64,000 nt of DNA from Candidatus Shapirobacteria bacterium (GCA_022837635.1 JALHFY010000001.1:454512-518511); one strand, 5' to 3'. Numbered from the stretch's first letter, positions 38,251 through 49,138 are shown. The notes: generated by a model not told the origin, from the sequence alone. Program-made: numbers and translations.

Positions 38251-39641
38251 AGTGTAGGCTTTTTCAAATGGTAATCAGTGTGGTCTTCAAAGATTTTGGC
38301 AATTTGATAGACAATATCTTCTCTTTTTTGAGGAGCAATAATTTGAAGACCGATAGGAAGGTAATTTTTATCAAAAGCACAAGGGATAGAAATTCCTGGT
38401 AAACCGGCAATACTTGAAGGTTCGACCAACATATCTTGAATCTCACCAAACATCGCCTGGCCTTTGGAGGCGCCAACTTTGAGAGCAGTAGTGGGAGAGA
38501 CTGGACCGATGAAAGCATCAACTTTTTGAAATTGTTTATCAAAGTCTTGACAGATAAGAGTCCGGACTTTTTGAGCCTTGGTGTAATAAGCGTCGTAATA
38601 ACCAGAAGAAAGTGAATAGGTACCTAGCATAATTCTTCTTTTAGCCTCTTCTCCAAAAAAGGAGCGATCGTGACCATAGCGAATACCATCAAAACGGGCT
38701 AAGTTACTGGAAACTTCGGAACGCTGGAGAATGGTATAGACGGCAATAGAATATTTGGGATCTAAAACATCAGAAAGTTCAATAATTTCTGCCCCTAATT
38801 TCTTGAAGATTTCAACTGATCTCAAAATAGCTTCTTTGATCTCGGGTTGAATTTGAGGAGGAAAATAACAGAGGGGTAAACCGAGCTTTAGCCCTTTAAG
38901 ATTACTAAGAGGGGCAGGTTTTTTCCAAGGAGCTTCGTCAATAGAGGTGGCATCATAAGGATCGTGACCAGACATAATTTCTAGCAAATCAGCGGCATCA
39001 TCGACTGTTTTAGCGATAGGACCGGGAGAATCAGTACTGGATTTCATGGCGATAACACCGTAACGAGAAACTCGACCGTAACTGGGTTTGAAGCCGACGA
39101 CACCACACCAAGAAGAGGGTTGACGAATAGAACCAGCAGTTTCGGAACCGGTAGCAATAATAGCTTCATGAGCAGCGATGGCAGCAGCTGAACCACCACT
39201 GGAACCACCGGGGAGATGATTTTGATTCCAAGGATTTTTGGTGGTACCAAAATCAGAGGTTTCGGTGCTGGAACCGTGAGCCCAAGCATCTAGATTAGTT
39301 TTACCGATAATAATGGCCCCGGCAGCTTTAATTTTTTTAATGGTAGTGGCATCATATTGAGGAAGATAGTTGTCTAACAGTTTGGAGGAGGCAGTGGTTA
39401 GCTGATTTTTGGTTAAAAAATTATCTTTGATAGCAATGGGAATTCCACCTAAAGGAAGGGAAATATCGGCTGATTCAGCTGCTTTGAGAGCTTCTTTTTC
39501 AAAGGTGCTGACAAAAGCATTAATATCCTGATCGTGTTTTTTAATTTGAGAAAAACAAGCGGTAACCAAATCTTTAGCAGAAAATTTTTTTTCTCTAAGA
39601 CCTTGACGGGCTTGTTGTAAATTTAACTCGTTTAAGTTCAT
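38247..39641 (-). CDS. gatA: Asp-tRNA(Asn)/Glu-tRNA(Gln) amidotransferase subunit A (amidase signature)
   Basis: GGSSGGSAAAIAAHEAIIATGSETAGSIRQPSSWCGVVGFKPSYGRVSRYG. Confidence 0.9.
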   Translation of the reverse strand: MNLNELNLQQARQGLREKKFSAKDLVTACFSQIKKHDQDINAFVSTFEKEALKAAESADISLPLGGIPIAIKDNFLTKNQLTTASSKLLDNYLPQYDATTIKKIKAAGAIIIGKTNLDAWAHGSSTETSDFGTTKNPWNQNHLPGGSSGGSAAAIAAHEAIIATGSETAGSIRQPSSWCGVVGFKPSYGRVSRYGVIAMKSSTDSPGPIAKTVDDAADLLEIMSGHDPYDATSIDEAPWKKPAPLSNLKGLKLGLPLCYFPPQIQPEIKEAILRSVEIFKKLGAEIIELSDVLDPKYSIAVYTILQRSEVSSNLARFDGIRYGHDRSFFGEEAKRRIMLGTYSLSSGYYDAYYTKAQKVRTLICQDFDKQFQKVDAFIGPVSPTTALKVGASKGQAMFGEIQDMLVEPSSIAGLPGISIPCAFDKNYLPIGLQIIAPQKREDIVYQIAKIFEDHTDYHLKKPTL

Positions 39642-39931
39642 TTTTTAATGGTAGCTTTAGTCTTAAAATAACCTTGATGAGATTGTGGAGCTTGAGATAA
39701 GGCGCTGTCTTGACTTAAAGACTCGCCAACTTCGTCAGAACGAAAAACATTTTTTTTATGATTAACCTGAAAAGTAGGGGTAACATTTTGAGTATCTAAC
39801 TCATTGAGGACCTCAATGTACTCGGCTGTTTGGGAAAGTTGGTCTTTAATAAAATTTTCCTCAGGTTTAATCTCTAGGTTCGAAAGTTGGACAATATGGG
39901 CAAAATCTTGATCACTAATAACTTTAGACAT
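39638..39931 (-). CDS. gatC: Asp-tRNA(Asn)/Glu-tRNA(Gln) amidotransferase subunit C
   Basis: 97 aa, directly upstream of gatA. IVQLSNLEIKPEE...YIEVLNELDT. Confidence 0.8.
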   Translation of the reverse strand: MSKVISDQDFAHIVQLSNLEIKPEENFIKDQLSQTAEYIEVLNELDTQNVTPTFQVNHKKNVFRSDEVGESLSQDSALSQAPQSHQGYFKTKATIKK

Positions 39932-39939
39932 GGCTTATT

Positions 39940-40980
39940 TTATCGTAAAATGCGGGCTTTGAGGCGGAGTAGTTTCCAGCGAACTTTATCAACTAAGTTA
40001 TAAAGTCTATAAAGTTTGTCATTGAGAACATAATCAAAACTACCGACATATTGGACCAGATTACCACCATAACCTTGTTTGAAACGATGAAAACCGAAGC
40101 CGGTTTGTGAGGCGTTAGCATCGGGACCAAGACAACCCCACAAGTCAAACTGTTTAAGACCTAAACTTTTCCCATATTTAGCAGCTTCCCACATTAATAA
40201 GTTGGGAGCCATAACTTCTCGATGGAGATCAAGAGAAGCACCATAAGGGTAATAAAGAGTGTCGTCCCATTTGAAAATCATAAAAGCGGCCAAAACTTGA
40301 TTTTGATATTTGGCTAAGAAAATTTCAGCCATACCCATAGGTTTGAGAATAGACCAGAGGGTGCGATGATAAGCTTGAGAGTGAAGATAAAAACCTTGGC
40401 GTTTAGTAGTATCAAATAAAAGTTTGAGATAAATTTCAAAATCAGCATCTTCGGTGGAGTGAGAAATTTGAACGCCGTGACGATTGGCGAGACGAATATT
40501 GTAGCGGGTTTTCGGTGACATAGCCGCTAAAAGCTCGTCTTCACTTTGGCGTAAATCCAGAAGGAAAGTATGGGGATAAAAAGTGACTTTAGGAGAAGAA
40601 AAAAGATGGGGATAATTGACAATAGAGGCTTTGTTTTTAATCAATTGATAACGATTGTCATAAACTTTTTCAACATCATTGGGTTCAAATTTAACGAAAA
40701 TAGCATTTTCTTTTTGAGCTAGTTTTTTAACATTTTCAATCATGTCTTTGTCGATGGCGGGCCCACGTAAAATAGTACCAATGGAAAAATTACTTTTAGG
40801 AAGACTATGAAAAGTGAGAGTATAGCCGGAAATTAATTTTTGTCGATCAAAAACACTCAAACGATAAACTTTATGACCCTGGCTGATCTGAAAATCACCC
40901 CATTCCCAGGTTTGGACAGGATGATTAACAACTCGATTGTAAGCCTCTTTTTCTTCATCATACAAAATTCGAGTAATCAT
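39940..40980 (-). CDS. FemXAB-family aminoacyl-tRNA-dependent peptidoglycan interpeptide-bridge transferase
   Basis: ...VVNHPVQTWEWGDFQ... and overall length and architecture (346 aa, two GNAT-like halves) typical of the FemX/FemAB family. Confidence 0.65.
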   Translation of the reverse strand: MITRILYDEEKEAYNRVVNHPVQTWEWGDFQISQGHKVYRLSVFDRQKLISGYTLTFHSLPKSNFSIGTILRGPAIDKDMIENVKKLAQKENAIFVKFEPNDVEKVYDNRYQLIKNKASIVNYPHLFSSPKVTFYPHTFLLDLRQSEDELLAAMSPKTRYNIRLANRHGVQISHSTEDADFEIYLKLLFDTTKRQGFYLHSQAYHRTLWSILKPMGMAEIFLAKYQNQVLAAFMIFKWDDTLYYPYGASLDLHREVMAPNLLMWEAAKYGKSLGLKQFDLWGCLGPDANASQTGFGFHRFKQGYGGNLVQYVGSFDYVLNDKLYRLYNLVDKVRWKLLRLKARILR

Positions 40981-40988
40981 AGATTATC

Positions 40989-42860
40989 TTAGTATATATC
41001 AGGGTCGTAGATTAAGTCAGAATTAGGTCGGCGATAATTTTTGGTAATCTCCAGAGGAGAATCGGCTTCAATCAAATCTTGGGGAATATCAAAAATAAAA
41101 CGAGAAGCTTGACCTAGGGAAGAGCGACCAAAAAAGAGACGATGAGAAGCATAGGTAAGATGTAGAATTTCCTTGGCTCGGGTAATACCGACATAACAGA
41201 GACGGCGTTCTTCCTCCAACTCATTCTCTTCAATCATGGAACGAGCATGAGGTAAAATCCCCTCCTCTAAACCAACCAAAAAAACAGCTTCAAATTCCAA
41301 GCCTTTACTACTGTGAAGAGTCATCAGGCGAACACCAGTTTTACTTTCTTTCTTTTTATTTTTTTCCTGCAGAGAATATTCTTGTTGGACTAGAGCAATG
41401 TTTTCTAGAAAACCGGTTAATTCAGGATAAGTGGTGGCGACAGATTTTAATTCTTTAATGTTTTCCAGGCGACGCAAATCGTCTTCGTCTTGGGGGTTAA
41501 ATTTGTCAAGATAATGAGAATTAACGACCAAGGTTTCCATTATTTTTAGAGAGGTCATTTTTTTAAGGTTAAGATTTTCAAGATGTTCATTAAATAAGCG
41601 GTATCGGGTTTTACCCAAAGCTTTTTGGACACGACCAACTGAGAGGAGATCGCCGGGATTGGCGGCGACTCGGAGCATGGCAATAAGATCTTTAATCTCA
41701 GCGCGTTCGTAAAAACGAAGACCACCGATTAAAACATAAGGGATGTTGTAGCGTAAAAAAGATTCTTCAATGGCTCGAGATTGAGCATTCATTCGATAGA
41801 GAACAGCAATATCTTTATATTCAAAATGGTAATTTTGATGAAGGTCTTGAATTTTTTGAGAAATGTAATCGGCTTCGGAAACTTCTGAATCAGCTTCAAA
41901 AAGTTTGATTTTGACGGCTGATTTTTTTTCAGTGAACAATTTCAAAACTGGGTGACTGTGGTTTTGAGAAATGATGGCATTGGCGGCTTCTAAAATAGTT
42001 TGAGTGGAGCGGTAATTTTGTTCCAAATTGATAACAGTGGCCTCAGGAAAATCTTGAGTAAAAGAGTTGAGGTTGCGATAATCAGCACCACGCCAGCCAT
42101 AAATGGATTGAGAGGCATCACCCACCGCGGTGATTTGTCGGTACTTGCCGGCTAACAATTTAGTCAGTAGGTATTGAATTTGATTAGTGTCTTGATATTC
42201 ATCAACTAAAATAAAACGATATTTATCCTGCACCTGGTCTAAAACTTGAGGGAAATTATTCAGTAAATCAATAGATTTAACCAGTAAATCATTGAAATCT
42301 AGAGCCTGATATTCGGCCATTTTCTTTTGGTACTGACGGTAAATTTTAATAGCCATAGATTCCCAAAAAGCACCCATTTGAGTTTCCAGGGCATCGGGAG
42401 AAAGATAGGAATTTTTAGCAGCTTCAATAAAATAAAGGACAGAACTAGGTTTGAATTCCTGGGAACTGAGATTCATATCAGTGAGGACAGTTCGGAGGAG
42501 ATTTTCCTGGTCATCAGTATCATAAATGGTGAAGTTAGGATCAAGGTGGATATGTGAACCATGAAGACGGAGCAAGCGACAAGCAAAAGAATGAAAGGTA
42601 CCCGCCCATAATGTCATGGTGGTAGTAGGTAATAATTTACCCATACGATCTTTCATTTCCTGAGCGGCTTTATTGGTAAAAGTCAGCAATAAAATTTGGT
42701 CGGAAGTGGCAAGTTTTTGATCGACAAAATAGGCGGCACGATGGGTTAAAACTCGGGTCTTACCGGAACCGGCACCAGCCAGAACCAAGAGGGGTGTACC
42801 TTGGTGAGTGACCGCTTTTAATTGAGCCGGATTAAGGCCAGAGAGAATATCGCTGTTCAT
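40989..42860 (-). CDS. uvrD: ATP-dependent DNA helicase, UvrD/PcrA family
   Basis: LNPAQLKAVTHQGTPLLVLAGAGSGKTRVLTHRAAYFV...ILVDEYQDTN... Confidence 0.85.
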   Translation of the reverse strand: MNSDILSGLNPAQLKAVTHQGTPLLVLAGAGSGKTRVLTHRAAYFVDQKLATSDQILLLTFTNKAAQEMKDRMGKLLPTTTMTLWAGTFHSFACRLLRLHGSHIHLDPNFTIYDTDDQENLLRTVLTDMNLSSQEFKPSSVLYFIEAAKNSYLSPDALETQMGAFWESMAIKIYRQYQKKMAEYQALDFNDLLVKSIDLLNNFPQVLDQVQDKYRFILVDEYQDTNQIQYLLTKLLAGKYRQITAVGDASQSIYGWRGADYRNLNSFTQDFPEATVINLEQNYRSTQTILEAANAIISQNHSHPVLKLFTEKKSAVKIKLFEADSEVSEADYISQKIQDLHQNYHFEYKDIAVLYRMNAQSRAIEESFLRYNIPYVLIGGLRFYERAEIKDLIAMLRVAANPGDLLSVGRVQKALGKTRYRLFNEHLENLNLKKMTSLKIMETLVVNSHYLDKFNPQDEDDLRRLENIKELKSVATTYPELTGFLENIALVQQEYSLQEKNKKKESKTGVRLMTLHSSKGLEFEAVFLVGLEEGILPHARSMIEENELEEERRLCYVGITRAKEILHLTYASHRLFFGRSSLGQASRFIFDIPQDLIEADSPLEITKNYRRPNSDLIYDPDIY

Positions 42861-42863
42861 TTT

Positions 42864-44891
42864 TTAAGGTAATTGGTAGATGTAGGTGGAACCAGAATTA
42901 AAGACTAAACTAGCATCCAAGTCTTGTAAATTACTTAAATCAATATCAGGATATTTTTCAAATTCCTTGGCACCAATAAAAATATATTTGACCTGGTATT
43001 TGTGAAGAATATTTTTAACTTGAGTTAAGTCTGAATTAATGTTAGACAGAAAGTTGTAGACCTGATCAACTTCAGCGGCACGGGCGGCGGGGGCTTCATA
43101 ACCACCTCGCCAAAGCCATTCATGAACTAACCAACCCTGAATAGTGGGTAAACCAGTGGCCATAGAAACCTGATTAAAGGTGGTATAACTGTCACCACTG
43201 GCTTCTAAAATATGAGGTTGACCGGTGACATTTTGATTGAGCCAGTTAATCGCGGCCAGATTGTCTGGATAGGAAATTTCCAAAAAATTAACACCCCTTA
43301 AGCCCTGATATTTCTTTAATGAATAATAGGATTTGATGGGAAAATAGGTATAAGACATATGTAGGATGAAAACCAAACAAAAAAGCAATTTATACCATAG
43401 GGAAGCTCGAAGACGAATCAAGATATAACCGGCGGCTAGAGAATATAAAACAAAAGCCTGATAAACGAGTTTGAACATGGTATTGGCACGACGATAATCA
43501 AAAACATAAATATCTTTGATGTAGATAATTTCGGGAATAATGATGAGGAAGGAGGCCAGAGCAATCAGAGCAAAAACAAAAAAATCGGTGGGTAAATAAC
43601 GCTGGCGGTGGCGATTTTTAAGAAGAAAAACAATAAAAGGTAAAGAAATTAGCCAAAAACCGCCATAGAGGATAAATAACTGATAAAAAGGACTGTGAGC
43701 ATCGGAAAACATCAGACCTTCCATCATCGGCTTGAAATTGATAGAAAAAGGTAGAGTAAAGACAAACCAAGAGAAGATGGTTAAAATCCCCTGAATAATA
43801 GTTTTTTTAAGATCCTGACTTAAAAGTAAAAAAGTGAGAGCAAATAAAAGACCATAGACGGCAAAATCCCAAGCATTGGTCATATAAGCTAAAGAGAGAA
43901 TAAAACCCGAGGGAATAAAAACAAAAGGAGAGATTTTTTTACTGAGAGCCAAGGTGGCAAATAAAAAGGCGGTAAAAAACAAAACTAAGGGTAAATCATT
44001 GAGGTGCCCATGAAGATCGGCAACTACAAAACTGTAAATAGGAAACTCATGAATATTTTTGTCGGTGGTGTCAGGGTCAAAACCAATAAAACGAGTGGCA
44101 TCAGGATACCAATAATTTTGACTGGCTTGAGCCAAGGTTTCATGATATTTAAGAACTCCCCTACCCAGACGAAAGGCTAAATGAAAGTTGCCGCCAAAGG
44201 TTAAGAGGAGAGCGGAAAACAGCCCGCCGACGATAAAAAATTTACCAGCTTTTTTCTTGAGACTGTGGAAAATAAGATTGGAGGTGAGAGAAAAGGCGGA
44301 AGTGAAACTTAAGGCACACAAGGTAGCAATGGCGAGATTATAAGTAATTTGTGAAGAAATACCGGAAATTTTAGTAACCAGGGCACAAACAAAATGACCA
44401 AAGTAATAATAATTAATGGGTTCACCGGCATACCACATATCAGTGGGAGGAGAAAAGCGACTTCTCAAAATAGTATTGACAAAACCCCAATCCATAAATT
44501 TTTCCAAACCCTCAATGTCAGGAGCAAAGCCACGAAGATAAGACCAGAGAGTCAGAATAATAAAAAAGATAATCTCTTCAAACAGAAAAATCCGCCAATT
44601 TTTTTTGAGAAAATTTTTGAACTCGTGTAAGTTTTTAACAAAAAAACGATAGTTGATAATGCCAAAGATAGCGGCAACAAGTGAAACGCCACCTACAGTG
44701 AAAGGCAGAATCTTGAAAACTCCTAAAACAAAAATCAAATAAGTAATCAGGAAACAAGAAATAGTCTTGGCAAAAATATAGCCTTTATCCCAAAATTTTT
44801 TAAAAATAGAAAAAGTTAGAGGTAAGGACAAAAGGGACAAAACAAAAATAGTGAACCACCAAAAAAAAATGTAGTGAAAGTCAGCCAGCAT
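42864..44891 (-). CDS. DUF2298 / 'YYY-domain' polytopic membrane protein (putative GT-C-fold glycosyltransferase) with a C-terminal extracytoplasmic domain
   Basis: More than 10 predicted TM helices. Motif ...WYAGEPINYYYFGHF... 675 aa. Confidence 0.55.
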   Translation of the reverse strand: MLADFHYIFFWWFTIFVLSLLSLPLTFSIFKKFWDKGYIFAKTISCFLITYLIFVLGVFKILPFTVGGVSLVAAIFGIINYRFFVKNLHEFKNFLKKNWRIFLFEEIIFFIILTLWSYLRGFAPDIEGLEKFMDWGFVNTILRSRFSPPTDMWYAGEPINYYYFGHFVCALVTKISGISSQITYNLAIATLCALSFTSAFSLTSNLIFHSLKKKAGKFFIVGGLFSALLLTFGGNFHLAFRLGRGVLKYHETLAQASQNYWYPDATRFIGFDPDTTDKNIHEFPIYSFVVADLHGHLNDLPLVLFFTAFLFATLALSKKISPFVFIPSGFILSLAYMTNAWDFAVYGLLFALTFLLLSQDLKKTIIQGILTIFSWFVFTLPFSINFKPMMEGLMFSDAHSPFYQLFILYGGFWLISLPFIVFLLKNRHRQRYLPTDFFVFALIALASFLIIIPEIIYIKDIYVFDYRRANTMFKLVYQAFVLYSLAAGYILIRLRASLWYKLLFCLVFILHMSYTYFPIKSYYSLKKYQGLRGVNFLEISYPDNLAAINWLNQNVTGQPHILEASGDSYTTFNQVSMATGLPTIQGWLVHEWLWRGGYEAPAARAAEVDQVYNFLSNINSDLTQVKNILHKYQVKYIFIGAKEFEKYPDIDLSNLQDLDASLVFNSGSTYIYQLP

Positions 44892-44892
44892 T

Positions 44893-45483
44893 TTAATTTA
44901 ATCTAAAAATAAAATTGAATAACTTAATTAAAAAAGGATCGAGAGGAGTGCAGAGATGAAGTTGAGAAACAGCCAGCCAAATTAAAAAACCCATGATAAA
45001 ACCACCAAGGATGTCAGCAAAATAATGAAAACCCATGAGAATGCGGAAAAGGAGTAAGGACAAAGTAATCAATAAAAATAGTAAGGGTGAAAAAACTCCG
45101 GTTTGTAGGACAAGGAAAAAGAAAAAAGCGGTTTTAAGAGCATGACCGGAAGGAAAAGAACCGGTACGATACCAGGAATCTACCAACCCCACAGGAGTGC
45201 CATCATGACGATTAAACATGGGACGACGCCAGAGAACTTTTTTCTTGAGCCACCTTTCCGCAATTTCTCCTAAAATAGTGGCGAACAGTAATTGCCAAAA
45301 AATATGAAAGTCATGACGAATTAGAAGATAAGAGATATAAAAGAAAAAAATCCAAATAATGTAATTGAGAATGATAATCAAAATTTTTCCCAGACGATGA
45401 TGAGATAATATTCTGAGATAGTCGTGTTGTGGTTGCCAGAAAAAAAGATTATTAGTGCTCAATGGTAAGATTATACATGGCAA
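44893..45483 (-). CDS. PAP2-family (type 2 phosphatidic-acid / polyprenyl-phosphate) phosphatase
   Basis: KKKVLWRRP (KxxxxxxRP). TGSFPSGH (PSGH). MGFHYFADIL (SRxxxxxHxxxD-like). Multi-TM. Confidence 0.7.
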   Translation of the reverse strand: MPCIILPLSTNNLFFWQPQHDYLRILSHHRLGKILIIILNYIIWIFFFYISYLLIRHDFHIFWQLLFATILGEIAERWLKKKVLWRRPMFNRHDGTPVGLVDSWYRTGSFPSGHALKTAFFFFLVLQTGVFSPLLFLLITLSLLLFRILMGFHYFADILGGFIMGFLIWLAVSQLHLCTPLDPFLIKLFNFIFRLN

Positions 45484-46610
45484 TGAGAAAAATATTAATT
45501 ACGACACCCTACTTTTTACCAAATATTAGCGGAATTACCATGTACATTGATATTTTGGCAAAAAAAATGCAGGAAAAAAAATATGAAGTCGTAATTTTAA
45601 CTAGTCAGCATGAGAAGAATTTACCTAAAAAAGAGAACTATCATGGTGTAACAATTATTAGAACCAAACCTTGGCTGAAAATCGGCAAGGGTTTAATTTG
45701 TTCAAGTCTTTTATGGCAAGTGCCAATAGAGTGCGCTAAAGCAACAGTGGTTAATTGTCACTTACCTCAATTCGAGGCCGGATGGGTATCTTTTTGGGCA
45801 AAATTTTTTAGAAAAAAATTATTTTTAACACATCACACTGATTTGAGTTTTTGGAAAGGATGGAAAAATAAAATCATTGATAGTAGTGTCTATATTAGTC
45901 AAATGATAGCTGGGATATTAGCTGATAAAATTATTCCTTATACTGCTGATTATGCTCAGAACTCTTATTATCTGAATAAATTTTCCAAAAAGATATATCC
46001 TATTCTGCCACCCATATATTTTGAGAAGCAAAAAAACGAGAGACTGAATAGAAAATTGAAAGAAATAATTAAGGGTAAAAAAAACATAATTGGTTTTTGT
46101 GGTCGAATTGCAAAACAAAAAGGGTTAGAAGTGTTAATAGAAGCTAGTGATTATTTAGAAGATTACCTAATCTTGTTAGCCGGTCCTACTCAAATTATCG
46201 GAGAAAATTATTTTGAATTTTTGCAAAAAAAATATAAAAAAAAGCTGGAAAAGAATTTTGTATTTTTAGGAAACATAAATAGAAATGAACTAGCAACTTT
46301 CTACAAAAATTTAGATGTGTTGGTTTTACCAAGCGATGATAAATTAGAATCTTTTGGTTGGGTTCAGGTAGAAGCAATGCTTTGTAAGGTTCCTTGTGTG
46401 GCTACCAATATGCCAGGAATGAGAGAGCCCATCAGGCTAACCGGTATGGGTATTTTATTTAGAAAAAATGATGCCCAAGATTTGGCTCGAAAACTAAAAA
46501 CAGTATTGAAACAAAAAAAATTTTATACACAAAAATTTAATCCTGACTTAGAAATTTTCCAACCAGAAAGCAGTATTGATAAATATGAAAAACTGTTCTT
46601 CAAAAATTAG
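45462..46610 (+). CDS. Glycosyltransferase family 4 (GT-B fold, GT1 clan). The real start is probably at MRKILITT, position 45483.
   Basis: ...VQVEAMLCKVPCVATNMPGMREPI... (E-x7-E region). 382 aa. Confidence 0.8.
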   Translation: MVRLYMAMRKILITTPYFLPNISGITMYIDILAKKMQEKKYEVVILTSQHEKNLPKKENYHGVTIIRTKPWLKIGKGLICSSLLWQVPIECAKATVVNCHLPQFEAGWVSFWAKFFRKKLFLTHHTDLSFWKGWKNKIIDSSVYISQMIAGILADKIIPYTADYAQNSYYLNKFSKKIYPILPPIYFEKQKNERLNRKLKEIIKGKKNIIGFCGRIAKQKGLEVLIEASDYLEDYLILLAGPTQIIGENYFEFLQKKYKKKLEKNFVFLGNINRNELATFYKNLDVLVLPSDDKLESFGWVQVEAMLCKVPCVATNMPGMREPIRLTGMGILFRKNDAQDLARKLKTVLKQKKFYTQKFNPDLEIFQPESSIDKYEKLFFKN

Positions 46611-47412
46611 ATGTTTATTAAAAAACGAAATTGATCCTGCTTATATAGATAGGGCGGAAATCATTTTGAGGGAAATTTGTAAAACGAAACGAGGTAAATT
46701 TTTGGAGGTCGGTTGTGGGCGAGGTTTTTACCTTAAAGCAGCAGATTTTCTAAGTCCGAATCTAGAAATAATCGGAATAGATTTGAACTCGAATTATCTT
46801 CAAGTGGCCAGAAAATATGTTGATAATCCAAAAATAAAAATTGAAAAAGGAGATGCTCATAAATTAAGATTTGCTAATGAGAGTGTGGATTTAGTAGTAG
46901 CGAGTGAAATTTTGGAACACGTAGATGATGATTTGAAGGTCTTGAAAGAAATGAGGCGAGTCTTAAAAAAGAATAAAAAGGTGATTGTTAGCGTGCCCAA
47001 TCATAATTATCCTTTTTACTGGGATCCTTTGAATTGGATTTTAGAAAAAACAACTAAAAAACATCTTCCAGCTGATAAGTGGTGGTTAGCTGGAATTTGG
47101 GCTGGACATAAACGACTCTATTATGAAGATGAATTAAAAAATAAAATCAAGGCTAGTGGTTTTAAGATAGAAAAAATCTTTCGAACAACACATTATTGTC
47201 TACCAGCAGCACATTTTTTACTTTATGGAATTGGAAAAAACATTGTGGAAAAAGGTTGGCTTAAAGATTTTAATCGCTTTGAAAAGAACAGACAGTACAA
47301 TCATTTTTTACAATTAATTAAAAAAATATTTAATATTTTTGATAAGAAAAACAAAGAAAATTTTGCAAAGGATAAGACTACAGTTGGTTTGGTAATGATT
47401 TTGAAAAAATGA
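46576..47412 (+). CDS. Class I SAM-dependent methyltransferase (Methyltransf_11-like)
   Basis: GKFLEVGCGRGFYL (motif I). ...VVASEILEHVDDDLKVLKEMRRVLKKN (motif post-II/III). Confidence 0.75.
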   Translation: MINMKNCSSKIRCLLKNEIDPAYIDRAEIILREICKTKRGKFLEVGCGRGFYLKAADFLSPNLEIIGIDLNSNYLQVARKYVDNPKIKIEKGDAHKLRFANESVDLVVASEILEHVDDDLKVLKEMRRVLKKNKKVIVSVPNHNYPFYWDPLNWILEKTTKKHLPADKWWLAGIWAGHKRLYYEDELKNKIKASGFKIEKIFRTTHYCLPAAHFLLYGIGKNIVEKGWLKDFNRFEKNRQYNHFLQLIKKIFNIFDKKNKENFAKDKTTVGLVMILKK

Positions 47413-49138
47413 GTACCTGGGGGTGGTCATAGACAGTAAAAGCTTCCTCGGCGGTATCATCACGAAAATAAATGCCGGGATATGAACAATTATGGTCGAT
47501 ATCTAGCCAACTTGTCCTCTGCCCCGGATAATTGGTAGGGCCAAAATAAATACATTGTTTAAGAAAAGGAAGTGATATGCCCGGATAAGATTGAAATCTA
47601 TTGATCAAAGAAAAATTTTTATGACCGGAAAAGAGGTCTTGGTAAAATTGACTGGAGATAGGATAAAAATCGGGAACACGGGGAATACTGGCCCATAGCC
47701 GATTACTGGAGAGAACTAGATAGTCAATTTCATCTAAACTTGAATTGATTTGTTGCCATTTTTGAGGAGTGTCTTGATCAAAGAAAGGTAGAGAAATTAT
47801 CTGATAAGGAGAAGAACCAAGAGGCAGGGCATCATCCCAAGATTCAGCACTTAGTTTTTTGTCAAAAGGGATATTATCTAAAATCCAACGACTGGCCTGA
47901 ACTCGAGAATGAGGACGGGAATAGATTGATAAAAAAGCACAGACTGATAAAAATTGAAGAACTAGAAACCAGGATAGAAATTTTTTGTTGGGGTAGAAAC
48001 GAGTAAAAAATAGTGTAAAAATGAGACCAAGATAAGGATAGATTAGTAAGTAATAGCGCATAGAATGGGAAAATTGTGTTGACTGAAAAACAAACAAAGC
48101 AACAACCCAGATAGCAATAATTAAGACCGGATTAAAATTTAATCGAAGTTTTTTAAAAGATTTAATTAAGAGGATTAAGAAAAAGACACTAAAAGGTAAA
48201 CCCAGTCCCCAGATAAGTAAATTTTGTAAAGGATGAAGAAATAGATTTCGATTTAACCATTGGATTCCCGGTGGATAAAAAGAATCAGGACGAGAATAAT
48301 ACCGGAGAGAATTAAGACTATTTAAGAAATCAGGACTCAGCTGAAAGGAGAAGGAAAAAGTATAAGGTGAAATAAGTCGAAAAAATAAAATTGAAACTAA
48401 AAAGGCAGACAAGGTGGAAAATAAAATGCTGTTTTTTTGTTTAGCTTTTAAGAAAAGCCAGAGCCAAAGTAAAAAAAGAATCGGTAAGAAATAAAAAGCG
48501 GACACTTTACAACTCAGAGCTAAGGCAAAAGCTAAAGAGGCGGGAATAATTTTTTGATAAAGTAAAAGACAAAAACTGAGTAATAAAAAGAAATTTAAGA
48601 AGGTGTCAACGGCAAAGAAGTGTGACAGTTGAACAGGTAAAATTAATAAAGAATAAGTCAGAGGGGCTAAGAGTAAAAAATGAGAACGAGGCCGGAGTTT
48701 TTTGACAATGAAATAAATGATGAAAATATTTAAGGAATCAAAGAGAGCTGACAAAACACGTCCGATTAAAACGAGATGATGATAATTGTTTAAGTTAAAA
48801 ACAACAGCAATGACTTTAGTTAAAAAAACTGGAAAAGTGCCATAGACATAAAAACGATATTGATCATAGTTATAAGGATTGAGAGGTGAAGTGGAATAAT
48901 CAAAATAGTTTTTTAAGCTACTAGGTAAACTAATATCGGTGGCCAACATAGTTAAAAATCTTTCGTCAGGATGGAGATGAAAACCTTGATCCCAATTGAG
49001 ACCATAAATTCTGAGAACAAAAGCGAAAATAAAAATAAGTCCTAAAATAATTTGATGTTTAGTGATGCGAATCATGTTGATAGAGGCGAATAGTCGGCCG
49101 ATCAAAAACCGTCCAAGTTTCTTCGGCGTTTTCACCAT
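47378..49138 (-). CDS. GT-C-fold glycosyltransferase, PMT/ArnT-like (GT39/GT83-like), paralog 1
   Basis: About 13 TM helices. First loop ...LNWDQGFHLHPDERFLTM... Confidence 0.6.
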   Translation of the reverse strand: MVKTPKKLGRFLIGRLFASINMIRITKHQIILGLIFIFAFVLRIYGLNWDQGFHLHPDERFLTMLATDISLPSSLKNYFDYSTSPLNPYNYDQYRFYVYGTFPVFLTKVIAVVFNLNNYHHLVLIGRVLSALFDSLNIFIIYFIVKKLRPRSHFLLLAPLTYSLLILPVQLSHFFAVDTFLNFFLLLSFCLLLYQKIIPASLAFALALSCKVSAFYFLPILFLLWLWLFLKAKQKNSILFSTLSAFLVSILFFRLISPYTFSFSFQLSPDFLNSLNSLRYYSRPDSFYPPGIQWLNRNLFLHPLQNLLIWGLGLPFSVFFLILLIKSFKKLRLNFNPVLIIAIWVVALFVFQSTQFSHSMRYYLLIYPYLGLIFTLFFTRFYPNKKFLSWFLVLQFLSVCAFLSIYSRPHSRVQASRWILDNIPFDKKLSAESWDDALPLGSSPYQIISLPFFDQDTPQKWQQINSSLDEIDYLVLSSNRLWASIPRVPDFYPISSQFYQDLFSGHKNFSLINRFQSYPGISLPFLKQCIYFGPTNYPGQRTSWLDIDHNCSYPGIYFRDDTAEEAFTVYDHPQVLIFSKSLPNQL

